Positions 17,047-24,972 of a DNA stretch of 64,000 bases are shown here, piece after piece. Source of the DNA: an uncultured Erysipelotrichaceae bacterium (GTDB lineage Bacteria > Bacillota_I > Bacilli_A > RFN20 > CAG-826); contig CADCEE010000005.1 in assembly GCA_902800355.1 (NCBI GenBank), positions 12,465-76,464 on the forward strand. Direction: 5' to 3'. The notes under the pieces are model-generated. The model made no database searches. It had not been told where the DNA came from and saw nothing but the letters and a program-made list of their open reading frames with translations. Both the position numbers and the translations under genes were made by a program. How positions within the stretch are numbered: position 1 is the stretch's first letter; each line of letters opens with the position of its first letter.

Positions 17047-17082
17047 CCTAGTGGATGAATAATCTACTAGGTCTTTTTTTTT
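17047..17082 (+). terminator. Rho-independent terminator after the recombinase pair
   Basis: CCTAGTGGA-loop-TCTACTAGG hairpin followed by a T9 run. Confidence 0.6.
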
Positions 17083-17162
17083 ATGCTTTTGATCAAAGTG
17101 GTCTTTATGAATATATAAAATTGTTGTAAAATTGATATAAATTTAATCACATAGGGAGACTT

Positions 17163-17348
17163 ATGGACTTTTCGCCTCAGGAAATTAAAAACTTAAGATT
17201 AAAGCTTATGATGACCCAAACCGAATTTGCTAAATTAGTTGGGGTTTCTTTTCTTTCAATCAACAGGTACGAAAACGGAAAATCTAAACCGACTTTCAAG
17301 GTGCAAAGAAAATTAACTGAACTGAAGGCTAAAATGGAGGAAGACTAA
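17163..17348 (+). CDS. XRE-family helix-turn-helix transcriptional regulator (61 aa)
   Basis: LMMTQTEFAKLVGVSFLSINRYENGKSKP is a classic XRE HTH. Stop 17346-17348 is 1 nt before the next ATG, and the RBS for the next gene (GGAGGAAG) lies inside its 3' end. Confidence 0.75.
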   Translation: MDFSPQEIKNLRLKLMMTQTEFAKLVGVSFLSINRYENGKSKPTFKVQRKLTELKAKMEED

Positions 17349-17349
17349 C

Positions 17350-19581
17350 ATGGCAGAGTGCAATCCTGAGTTATGGAAACTTAAAAATATTAAAGAGGCA
17401 TTGGAAGGCGAAATTACCATCAATGGTTCTAAAAGGAAAATAGTCATTCCTTTATTCCAAAGGGGAAAGAGATGGACAAAAGAAACAAAGGATATGTTTA
17501 TCGACTCTCTAACGAAAGGTTATCCGATTGGTTCCTTGCTTTTCTACAAGACTCAAGTCGACAATGTCGATGTTTTTACATTGATTGACGGATTGCAAAG
17601 AGGATCCTCTATTAAAGAATATTTATCGAATCCAACTAAGTTCTTTGACATATCAAAAATTAGCAAAGAAGCAAGGGAAAAACTCTATGGTTTAGTAGTG
17701 GTAGGTGGAAATGCCGAAGTGCAAAAAGCGAAAGCAGATGAGTTGTTAACCACCTATATTAGAAGTCTTAAAACCTATGATGATTATGATCTATTGAACT
17801 TATACACCCTTTTCCTGAACGAGTTCCCTGTCTTAAATGGAAAAACAAGCGAGTTCGGATTAGCAGTCAGGGATGAACTCAATCGTTTGAAAAATGACTA
17901 CAATCACTTAAGTGAAATCCAAATACCTGCGGTTGTTTATACAGGCGATGAATCGACGTTACCTGAGATTTTTACCAGGATCAACAAAGAGGGAAAACCT
18001 CTATCCGAATATGAGATATTTGCCGCTTCTTGGCCTAGTGCTGAATTCAAGATTGAAAACGAGCAAATAGTTGAATATGTGCTTAAGAAATACGATATGT
18101 TGAATGACACTGAATTTACTCTCAGTGGTTACAATCGTGATGAAAAGAGAATCAACAAGAGCGTGAACGCATTTGAATATGCATTCGGCTTTTCTAAATA
18201 CATTACAAACAAGTATTCATCCTTAGCTTTCTATACCGATATTCCTGATGATGTGGCGAATCAGGTCGGCTTCCAACTTATAAATGCCTGCTTCAATTCA
18301 TCCCACAGTCAAATCAAAGATGTCCATAAGATAATCACGAGATTCTCCTCTAACATTTCGAAACTCGAAGAGGCTATTGAAGACTCAATAAGGTTCGTGG
18401 ATAAGTGCATCGAGCCAATTCTCAAGTTCAAAGGGAACAACAGGGAGAAGAAAAAAGGCTTCCACTCTCAATTCCAAATCATGTCCCTCATCTCGTTTGT
18501 TTTCAGGAAGAAGTACAACATCCAAGATGACACGTTGAAAATCAACGAAGACTGGAGAGCCAGTAAACAAAAACTGGAAGAGAACATTTGGAAATACTAT
18601 GTCTTTGACATCATCAATAAATATTGGGGTGAAGGCGGCACAGGAAAAATCCATTCCGCTAACTCCGAAAATAGATATTTGACCGATTTGACTAGCGAAC
18701 AATTTGGTGCCGCTTACGATTCTTATTCTGCGGCTTTGTTAAGCAGGAGAGAAATCAAGAATGTTTCGTACCCAAGCGACATCGACTATGTGATTCTCAA
18801 CACGATTTACTTAAACCTTTTCACCGCAATGGATCAATTGTCTCTAAAGAGGTTTGATGTAGAGCACATCGCAACAAAGGACCAAATGAAGAAGTTCATC
18901 AAGGTCACCAATGGCGAAGGTTTACCTATCTCGCACATTGCCAACCTATGCTACTTGCCTGAGTTCGAAAACAGGAGCAAAGGATCGAAAAACTTCTACC
19001 AAGATACCAATTACCTATCCAAAGCTGGAACAACCATTGAAACCATCGAAGAAAAATATAGTTTCACTTCAAAACCAGACCTCGAGTTTATGGATTTGGA
19101 ATATCAGGATGGCGATTTTGACATCCTTAGACTTTATTATGTCGATGAGTTCCTCGCTAATAGAAACAAGATTGTAAGAAAGAAGTTCTTAGAATCCCTA
19201 GGTTTTGAAAACGCAGAGGAGGTGGCGGCACCTGTTCAAGAAATCCAATCCGAAACGGTGTTCAATGAACAATACTATAGGACAACCAAGATTGGTCGTT
19301 TGGTGAGGGAAACATTCAGCTATTTATCTAGGAATGGATATTTCAGCGATGTTGATGTCAAAAACCTAAAAAACAAGGATTATTCCTTAAAGGAATTGGG
19401 CGCAGCATATCCAGTTTTATTAGAGGTGGACCAAGACCCTCACGATTCCCATGGCACGATGAGATATTACAAAGATTCCATTGAGATTAATGGGCACAAA
19501 TACTATTTGACAAGCGAGTGGTTTGAACACGATAGAAAGCTTGTTGTGCCTTGGATCAAAAAGAAATTAGGGCAGATTTAA
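17350..19581 (+). CDS. Single-chain GmrSD-family (DUF262 + DUF1524 His-Me finger) type IV restriction-like nuclease
   Basis: N-terminal DUF262/ParB-like signature FQRGKRWTKETKDMFIDSLTKGYPIGSLLFY...LIDGLQRGSSI (DGQQR variant). C-terminal DUF1524 signature DVEHIATKD...ISHIANLCYLPEFENRSKGSKNF. Confidence 0.75.
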   Translation: MAECNPELWKLKNIKEALEGEITINGSKRKIVIPLFQRGKRWTKETKDMFIDSLTKGYPIGSLLFYKTQVDNVDVFTLIDGLQRGSSIKEYLSNPTKFFDISKISKEAREKLYGLVVVGGNAEVQKAKADELLTTYIRSLKTYDDYDLLNLYTLFLNEFPVLNGKTSEFGLAVRDELNRLKNDYNHLSEIQIPAVVYTGDESTLPEIFTRINKEGKPLSEYEIFAASWPSAEFKIENEQIVEYVLKKYDMLNDTEFTLSGYNRDEKRINKSVNAFEYAFGFSKYITNKYSSLAFYTDIPDDVANQVGFQLINACFNSSHSQIKDVHKIITRFSSNISKLEEAIEDSIRFVDKCIEPILKFKGNNREKKKGFHSQFQIMSLISFVFRKKYNIQDDTLKINEDWRASKQKLEENIWKYYVFDIINKYWGEGGTGKIHSANSENRYLTDLTSEQFGAAYDSYSAALLSRREIKNVSYPSDIDYVILNTIYLNLFTAMDQLSLKRFDVEHIATKDQMKKFIKVTNGEGLPISHIANLCYLPEFENRSKGSKNFYQDTNYLSKAGTTIETIEEKYSFTSKPDLEFMDLEYQDGDFDILRLYYVDEFLANRNKIVRKKFLESLGFENAEEVAAPVQEIQSETVFNEQYYRTTKIGRLVRETFSYLSRNGYFSDVDVKNLKNKDYSLKELGAAYPVLLEVDQDPHDSHGTMRYYKDSIEINGHKYYLTSEWFEHDRKLVVPWIKKKLGQI

Positions 19582-19582
19582 T

Positions 19583-20176
19583 ATGAGTTGGGATACTACT
19601 GAAAAACGAATCAAATGCCCTTGTGGTAGGGGCGAAATAGTTCAGGTGAACAAAGATAATGATTGGGGTCAATACATCGAAGGAACTCCTGTTATCGAAT
19701 GCCCTGAATGTGCTAAGAAATATAAGCTTGTATCAAATACACATTCGTCATATAAGCCTGGTCACGGCAGTTGGACTAACTATTACTTAGTCCCAAAGGG
19801 ACTCAAACCCGATAAAAAATACAAGAACTCCTTTGAATACGTGAATGAGTATGAATTGGCCAAAAAGGATTTTGCTGAATACCTAATAGTGGATTATCCA
19901 AAGAGCGTTTTGGAAGAAGTTTACACAGAACTTTTGAATGCAACCTCGGTTTCGGCTTTGAGAAGTGCTGCGAGAAGAATTGCAAAGGATAAGAAGAGAT
20001 ACACGGGATCCTGCAAGATAAAGGAACTAACCCCATTAGTCAAAAAAGCCATCGATGGATTTGATTCCTATAATGGCAATTGGCAACAAAGGGATGATGA
20101 AGAACAGGAAAATATCAAGGCAGAGGAAGAGTATCTAGCCAAGGTTCGCAAGGAAGGAATTTTGCTTGATTTATAG
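19583..20176 (+). CDS. Zinc-ribbon protein of unknown function, translationally coupled to the GmrSD-like gene
   Basis: ATG 2 nt after the upstream stop (TAATATG). N-terminal CPCG-x17-CPEC zinc ribbon; acidic C-terminus; no recognisable catalytic motif. Confidence 0.5.
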   Translation: MSWDTTEKRIKCPCGRGEIVQVNKDNDWGQYIEGTPVIECPECAKKYKLVSNTHSSYKPGHGSWTNYYLVPKGLKPDKKYKNSFEYVNEYELAKKDFAEYLIVDYPKSVLEEVYTELLNATSVSALRSAARRIAKDKKRYTGSCKIKELTPLVKKAIDGFDSYNGNWQQRDDEEQENIKAEEEYLAKVRKEGILLDL

Positions 20177-20195
20177 CAAAAAATCCGTTCGATTC

Positions 20196-20320
20196 CTCCC
20201 ATCCCCTTTAAAATGTATCAATGTTGTAGTGCAACCCCTTTCAAAAAGGACTAAATGTATCAATATTGTTGTACTAACACAACTTGATTAAATAGGATTG
20301 ATACAAAGTCAGTCCTTTTT
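20196..20320 (+). repeat. Structured intergenic repeat element, copy A (nested stems; ends in a terminator-like stem plus T-run)
   Basis: AAAAAGGACT...AGTCCTTTTTT outer stem, TGTATCAAT/ATTGATACA inner stem, GTTGT-ACTAAC-ACAAC hairpin. The motifs ATGTATCAA and TTAAATAGGATTGAT...GTCAGTCCTTTT recur at 21613-21680. Confidence 0.5.
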
Positions 20321-20352
20321 TCTTGCTTAAAAAAGTCTAATATATTATAGAA

Positions 20353-20374
20353 TAAGACTATGTCTTATGATAAG
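20353..20374 (+). promoter_or_regulatory. Interlocking palindromes (operator-like) immediately upstream of the 125-aa ORF
   Basis: TAAGAC-TAT-GTCTTA (6-3-6) overlapping CTTAT-G-ATAAG (5-1-5), 9 nt before ATG 20383. Confidence 0.35.
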
Positions 20375-20382
20375 ATATAAGC

Positions 20383-20760
20383 ATGACAAAAAAGAAAAGA
20401 CTAACTCATGATCAAAAGATAATTAAAGCTTTAGAAAAAATCAAAACTCCTATTGTTGATGAAATTAGGAATTTGTCTATCTTTTTTAAAGCGAGGTCAC
20501 GAAGCAACGAGACCGGAATGGAACATGTAGCTAAGAATTATCATGGTTTGGATCCAAGCGATATTGAATTATTAATAGATTGTATTAAAAATCCTATTGA
20601 ACATATTAAAGATAGAAGATATCCAAAAACATACTGTTATTACCACGCTAGAAAGCATGACAAAAATCATTACATCAAAGTTGTTGTTAAGGTTGAAAAC
20701 GATTTTAAAACAGGGTATATATCTTCGATATTCATTACATCAAAAATTAAAAATAAGTAG
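20383..20760 (+). CDS. Small basic hypothetical protein (125 aa)
   Basis: Lys-rich (pI clearly basic), no motif I can assign; sits between the repeat element and the vat-like gene. Confidence 0.4.
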   Translation: MTKKKRLTHDQKIIKALEKIKTPIVDEIRNLSIFFKARSRSNETGMEHVAKNYHGLDPSDIELLIDCIKNPIEHIKDRRYPKTYCYYHARKHDKNHYIKVVVKVENDFKTGYISSIFITSKIKNK

Positions 20761-20890
20761 TGGAATTAACCGATTACTATGATAAAATAACTGTGTCAAA
20801 GGTGGAAAGTCGCTGTGCGACCACGACGCATTTCTTCGGAAATGGATTGACTAGCGATTCAGGATGCAGCGCCCTGATTGACAAATAATC

Positions 20891-20915
20891 ACATCTCATT
20901 GAGATGTTTTCTTTT
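20891..20915 (+). terminator. Intrinsic terminator/attenuator hairpin 24 nt upstream of the vat-like start codon
   Basis: ACATCTC-ATT-GAGATGT perfect stem followed by TTTTCTTTT; lies at the 3' end of an unusually GC-rich ~130 nt leader (20775-20880). Confidence 0.55.
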
Positions 20916-20938
20916 ATGTTTTTTGCTATCATATTTAT

Positions 20939-21583
20939 ATGGAAAAAGAGATGAAACCAATTTATCCGAACTCACAATTTAAGTCTTTTTGTTATATCAA
21001 AAGCGTAGTTACTAGACCAAATATTATTGTGGGCGATTATTCCTATTATGATGATAGTGAGGACGGCCCGGAATCTTTTGAAAAACACGTAACCCATCAT
21101 TATGACTTTATGGGCGATAAGCTTATTATTGGTAAGTTTGTTGCAATAGCAAGAGGCGTGGAGTTTGTGATGAATGGTGCTAATCACATGTTAGATTGTT
21201 TAACAACTTATCCTTTTGAAATCATTGATGAATTCAAAGGTCTATCTAGACCATTCGGAGATAGAGGAAACCGTGGAGATACAGTTGTAGGTAACGATGT
21301 CTGGATTGGTCAAAACGCCACAATATTACCAGGAGTTCATATTGGTGATGGCGCGATTATAGGCGCTAATGCAGTAGTAGCAAAAGATGTTCCTCCGTAT
21401 GCAGTTGTTGTGGGCAATCCTGCTATTATTAAGAAATATAGATTTGATAAAGAAACAATCAATCTTCTTTTAGAACTCAAATGGTGGGACAAAGATATTG
21501 AAGAAATCAAAAAACTAATCCCATTACTTACTGGTGACTTAGCAAATAATAAAAAAGAACTTAAAAAAATATTGAAGAAATAG
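20939..21583 (+). CDS. vat: Vat-family xenobiotic (streptogramin A-type) O-acetyltransferase, hexapeptide-repeat
   Basis: Strong family-level similarity to Vat/SatA-type enzymes: [84 protein letters not shown]. Confidence 0.8.
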   Translation: MEKEMKPIYPNSQFKSFCYIKSVVTRPNIIVGDYSYYDDSEDGPESFEKHVTHHYDFMGDKLIIGKFVAIARGVEFVMNGANHMLDCLTTYPFEIIDEFKGLSRPFGDRGNRGDTVVGNDVWIGQNATILPGVHIGDGAIIGANAVVAKDVPPYAVVVGNPAIIKKYRFDKETINLLLELKWWDKDIEEIKKLIPLLTGDLANNKKELKKILKK

Positions 21584-21599
21584 TGTTCCAAAGTCTTTC

Positions 21600-21685
21600 A
21601 GTTTGTTCCACATGTATCAAAACACTGAAACCCTGTCAATTTAGTTAAATAGGATTGATGCTGATGTGTCAGTCCTTTTATTTGA
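21600..21685 (+). repeat. Structured intergenic repeat element, copy B (degenerate)
   Basis: Shares ATGTATCAA and TTAAATAGGATTGAT-N8-GTCAGTCCTTTT with copy A; sits between vat and the metal permease gene. Confidence 0.45.
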
Positions 21686-21722
21686 ATAAAAGAACATTAA
21701 GTTATATTATATAAAGCGGACT

Positions 21723-22586
21723 ATGACTTGGGACATTGTAAAAGACGTATTATTAGATGCATTAAAAGATAGCGCGCTAGTGCTAGCCTTTGTTTTTGCA
21801 TTTCATCTTTTGCTATCTTTTATCGAAGATAAGCTATCTAAGTTTTTAACCAAAAATCAAAAGTTATCTCCTTTACTAGGTTCTTTATTTGGAATTATTC
21901 CACAGTGCGGAACTTCAGTGTTAGCCGGTGATTTATATATTAAAAGATATATTACCTTTGGTACTTTAGTAGCGGTCTTCTTATCTTGCAGTGATGAAGC
22001 TATCTTAGTGCTACTTACTAAACCTAGCGAGAAAACTATTATGGTTTTACCACTTATCGCTAGTAAGTTTGTTATTGGTTTTGTTATTGGCTATCTCATT
22101 GATTTAATTTATCGAAAACAAGAAATAAATAAGCCAGAAGAAGAGTTAACTGATGTTATTTGTCATGAACATCATCATGAACACACAAAAATTCATAAAC
22201 ATTTAATTCATCCACTTGTTCACTCTTTGGAAATATTTGCCTATGTTTTAGTCATTAATGTTTCTTTAGGGCTTATTATCGCTAGTGTGGGTGAAGATAA
22301 CTTTAAGAGCTTCTTAACATCTAATCGTTATTTAACTCCAATATATGCTTCTTTAGTGGGCCTTATCCCTAACTGTGCCTCTAGTGTTTTACTATCTGAA
22401 TTATATCTTAGTGGTGGATTATCTTTTGGAGCCTTACTTGCTGGATTATTAGTAAATTCAGGCTTAGGTATGATGGTTTTATTAAAGAGCAAGACTGCAC
22501 TTAAAAAAGCGGGATTAGTGGTATTAATTTGTTTAATTACTGCAATTTCGTTTGGCTATATTTTCTGTGCAATAATTGGGTTTTAA
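21723..22586 (+). CDS. Putative metal-ion permease with internal two-fold duplication and His-rich cytoplasmic loop
   Basis: Two homologous halves (IIPQCGTSVLAGDLY... and LIPNCASSVLLSELY...) separated by HEHHHEHTKIHKH; ~10 predicted TM segments. Confidence 0.5.
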   Translation: MTWDIVKDVLLDALKDSALVLAFVFAFHLLLSFIEDKLSKFLTKNQKLSPLLGSLFGIIPQCGTSVLAGDLYIKRYITFGTLVAVFLSCSDEAILVLLTKPSEKTIMVLPLIASKFVIGFVIGYLIDLIYRKQEINKPEEELTDVICHEHHHEHTKIHKHLIHPLVHSLEIFAYVLVINVSLGLIIASVGEDNFKSFLTSNRYLTPIYASLVGLIPNCASSVLLSELYLSGGLSFGALLAGLLVNSGLGMMVLLKSKTALKKAGLVVLICLITAISFGYIFCAIIGF

Positions 22587-22636
22587 AAAATATAAGCATT
22601 TATTTTTTTAGTTTGTGAGGGTATATTATTAACGCT

Positions 22637-23578
22637 ATGTCAAAAGTATCAGAACAAAAAGAATTACAAAAGAAATTACAAAAAGCACGTAACATCAATG
22701 ATCCTATGGATGCCTACGTGATGGAAAAGTTTTCTTTACCAATTGCGAAATTATTTCATAAATTAGGCTTAAGTCCTAATGTCGCTACTATTTGCTCTAT
22801 GATTATTGGTATTGTTGGAGCGACATTTTTAGCTTTCCCATACCATTGGATTTGGCCTTTATGTATTGGTTGTTTCTTAGTTTTATTCTCATACGTGTTT
22901 GATTGCGCGGATGGACAAATTGCTCGTATGTCAGGAAACGGATCATTATATGGAAGATGTTTTGACGGCTTCTCCGATGGAGTGGTGTATTTCGCAATTT
23001 ATGTCGCTGTATCGATTCATATTATGCTTTGGGATAATATCCCATTTACTAATATTCCTTGGAATGGATGGATTTTCTTTATCTCGGTTCCAGTAGGCGT
23101 ATATTTCCATGCGACCCAAGCTAGAGTTGCTGATTATCTTAAAAATGAATATATGTATATTACTGGTAGTTCACATAGTGAATTATCCACAACTGCTGAT
23201 TTAAAGAAACAAGTAGATGAATTAGCACCAAATAAATTCTTACCTCGCTTAGTGTATAACTCATATATTACCTACACTAAAAACCAAGAGAAGATGACAC
23301 CAAACTTCCAAAAGTTACATCAAAAAATTATTGATAATGGTGGAGTGATTCCAGAAAAAGTTTCTGAGATGTGGAAAAAAGGCGTTAATAAGTATGTTTG
23401 GTTATCTAATTTATTAGTCTTTAATTTTAGAACTTTAACTTTGTTAACTTTAATGTGCTTTAACCAAGCTTTCTGGATTTTCCCAGTGAACGTTGTGGTT
23501 TTAGAAGCTTTAAAATATTTCTTACTTATTAAACATGAACGTCTTGCTAAAAAGTGTTTAGAGGAAGGCTTTAATTAA
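22637..23578 (+). CDS. CDP-alcohol phosphatidyltransferase family protein
   Basis: DCADGQIARMSGNGSLYGRCFDGFSDGVV matches D-G-x2-A-R-x8-G-x3-D-x3-D; multiple TM segments. Confidence 0.65.
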   Translation: MSKVSEQKELQKKLQKARNINDPMDAYVMEKFSLPIAKLFHKLGLSPNVATICSMIIGIVGATFLAFPYHWIWPLCIGCFLVLFSYVFDCADGQIARMSGNGSLYGRCFDGFSDGVVYFAIYVAVSIHIMLWDNIPFTNIPWNGWIFFISVPVGVYFHATQARVADYLKNEYMYITGSSHSELSTTADLKKQVDELAPNKFLPRLVYNSYITYTKNQEKMTPNFQKLHQKIIDNGGVIPEKVSEMWKKGVNKYVWLSNLLVFNFRTLTLLTLMCFNQAFWIFPVNVVVLEALKYFLLIKHERLAKKCLEEGFN

Positions 23579-24687
23579 TGAAATTTAGATGGCGTATCCT
23601 TTTCTTTGCTTTAGGTATTGGCGGGATCGTTTTAATGGCATGGCAAAACGATTGGTTTAGAGGTACAGATTGGGGTACTTTATTTAACCCAGGTATCGCA
23701 TGGTTATTAGCATCTATTTTCGCGGTTTGGATTGTGATTTATTTCCTTCATGCTTTTAGTTATAAACTAATTCTCTGTGAAGATTCTAAAAGCGTTAAAA
23801 TGCATTCAATGATGCGTATCTGTGCCGCTGGATTTGCTTTAAATAACGTTACTCCTGCTGGTTTAGTAGGTGGAGAGCCTTATCGAATTATGGCTTTAAA
23901 ACGATATGTTTCTGTAGAAAGAGCAGCCTCTTCTACTTTAACTTTCTCTATTATGTATGCGGTTGGCCACTTCTTACTTTGGGTAACCGGTATTGCCATG
24001 TTTGCTATTTATCATTTCTTTGGACATAGCGCTCCAGTATGGGTGTCTATTTTACTTGGTGTCTCAGGTGGAGTTTTATTCTTATTAGTCTTAGGTTTTT
24101 TCATCTTTAAAAAGATTGGCTTCGCTTATCCTGCGATGCGCTTATTAGCAAAGATTCCTCTTTTAAGGAAAAAGATGGCCCCTTATGTTGAAAAACATAA
24201 AGAATCATATATTGAAATCGATGATAACATCAGAGCCTTTAGAAACAAGACTTGGAGATTTATTGCTGTGCTTTTGCTTCAATATTCCACTAGATTATTA
24301 GAGGCTTTAGAATATTTCTTAATTCTTTTCTATGTATGTTTATCTCTTGACAAGAGTGTTAATTATTTTGATGGCTTGCTAATTATGTCGACCGCATCTT
24401 TAATGGGTAACTTACTATTTATTATTCCAATGCAAGCGGGTTCTAGAGAATTAGGTACTCAAATGGCGTTGTCATTTGTTTTAGGACCAGAAGCTACTTC
24501 TTTAGGTATATTAGGACCTGTTGGTCTTATCTATAGATTTAGAGAATTAACTTTCATTATCATCGGTATTATTCTTGTTCTTACTGGGCGAAAATATAAA
24601 AAAGACCAGATTAAAGAATTTGTTGATCGCTCACTAAAAGATCAAATTGAACTTGCTAACGAATTGGAGCAAGAAAAAAATCAATAG
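23578..24687 (+). CDS. Polytopic membrane protein, lysylphosphatidylglycerol-synthase-TM / flippase-like family (tentative)
   Basis: Start overlaps upstream stop (TAATG); ~8 TM helices; co-operonic with the CDP-alcohol phosphatidyltransferase. Confidence 0.4.
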   Translation: MKFRWRILFFALGIGGIVLMAWQNDWFRGTDWGTLFNPGIAWLLASIFAVWIVIYFLHAFSYKLILCEDSKSVKMHSMMRICAAGFALNNVTPAGLVGGEPYRIMALKRYVSVERAASSTLTFSIMYAVGHFLLWVTGIAMFAIYHFFGHSAPVWVSILLGVSGGVLFLLVLGFFIFKKIGFAYPAMRLLAKIPLLRKKMAPYVEKHKESYIEIDDNIRAFRNKTWRFIAVLLLQYSTRLLEALEYFLILFYVCLSLDKSVNYFDGLLIMSTASLMGNLLFIIPMQAGSRELGTQMALSFVLGPEATSLGILGPVGLIYRFRELTFIIIGIILVLTGRKYKKDQIKEFVDRSLKDQIELANELEQEKNQ

Positions 24688-24725
24688 TTTATATTTAAGC
24701 GTTTTGCTATAATACATAACGCTAT

Positions 24726-24800
24726 GGACCCATAGCTCAAAGGAAGAGCCCTCCGCTCATAACGGAGTTGTTGTAGTGTCGGGATCTACTGGGTCCACCA
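24726..24800 (+). tRNA. tRNA-Met/Ile2 (anticodon CAT) candidate with atypical T-arm
   Basis: Acceptor GGACCCA/TGGGTCC, D-stem GCTC/GAGC, anticodon stem CTCCG/CGGAG with loop CTCATAA, 3' CCA. T-arm reads GTAGT-GTCGGGA-TCTAC (one T.T mismatch, G at position 54). Confidence 0.6.
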
Positions 24801-24804
24801 AAAT

Positions 24805-24895
24805 GGAGATTTACCCAAGTGGTTGAAGGGGTCGGTCTTGAAAACCGATAGGAGGTGCAAGCCTCGCTAGGGTTCAAATCCCTAAATCTCCGCCA
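24805..24895 (+). tRNA. tRNA-Ser (anticodon TGA)
   Basis: GGAGATT...AATCTCC acceptor, anticodon loop CTTGAAA, long variable arm, T-loop GGTTCAAATCC, CCA encoded. Confidence 0.8.
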
Positions 24896-24908
24896 AAAAG
24901 TAAAAAAT

Positions 24909-24935
24909 ACTCACTAAAATATAGTGAGTTTTTTC
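24909..24935 (+). terminator. Rho-independent terminator after the tRNA pair
   Basis: ACTCACTA-AAATA-TAGTGAGT then T6. Confidence 0.6.
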
Positions 24936-24972
24936 TTTGATTTTGTCATAATATTTCAAGAGGTAAATTAAT

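Larger units (their letters stand above)
1..17090 (+). mobile_element. Partial prophage (late/structural module plus integrase region); left end lies outside the window
   Basis: Uninterrupted co-oriented run of portal, protease, capsid, connector, major tail, G/GT frameshift chaperone, tape measure, tail proteins and small TM proteins, then two large serine recombinases and a terminator at 17047-17082. Att sites not identified. Confidence 0.7.

Noticed and set aside
20775-20890. SRP/4.5S-like or other known structured RNA in the GC-rich vat leader (TCAGG-ATGCAGCG-CCTGA hairpin)
   Set aside because: Resemblance to SRP domain IV is superficial (no GGAA/AGCA loop pair). It is reported only as an unusual leader, not as a named RNA.
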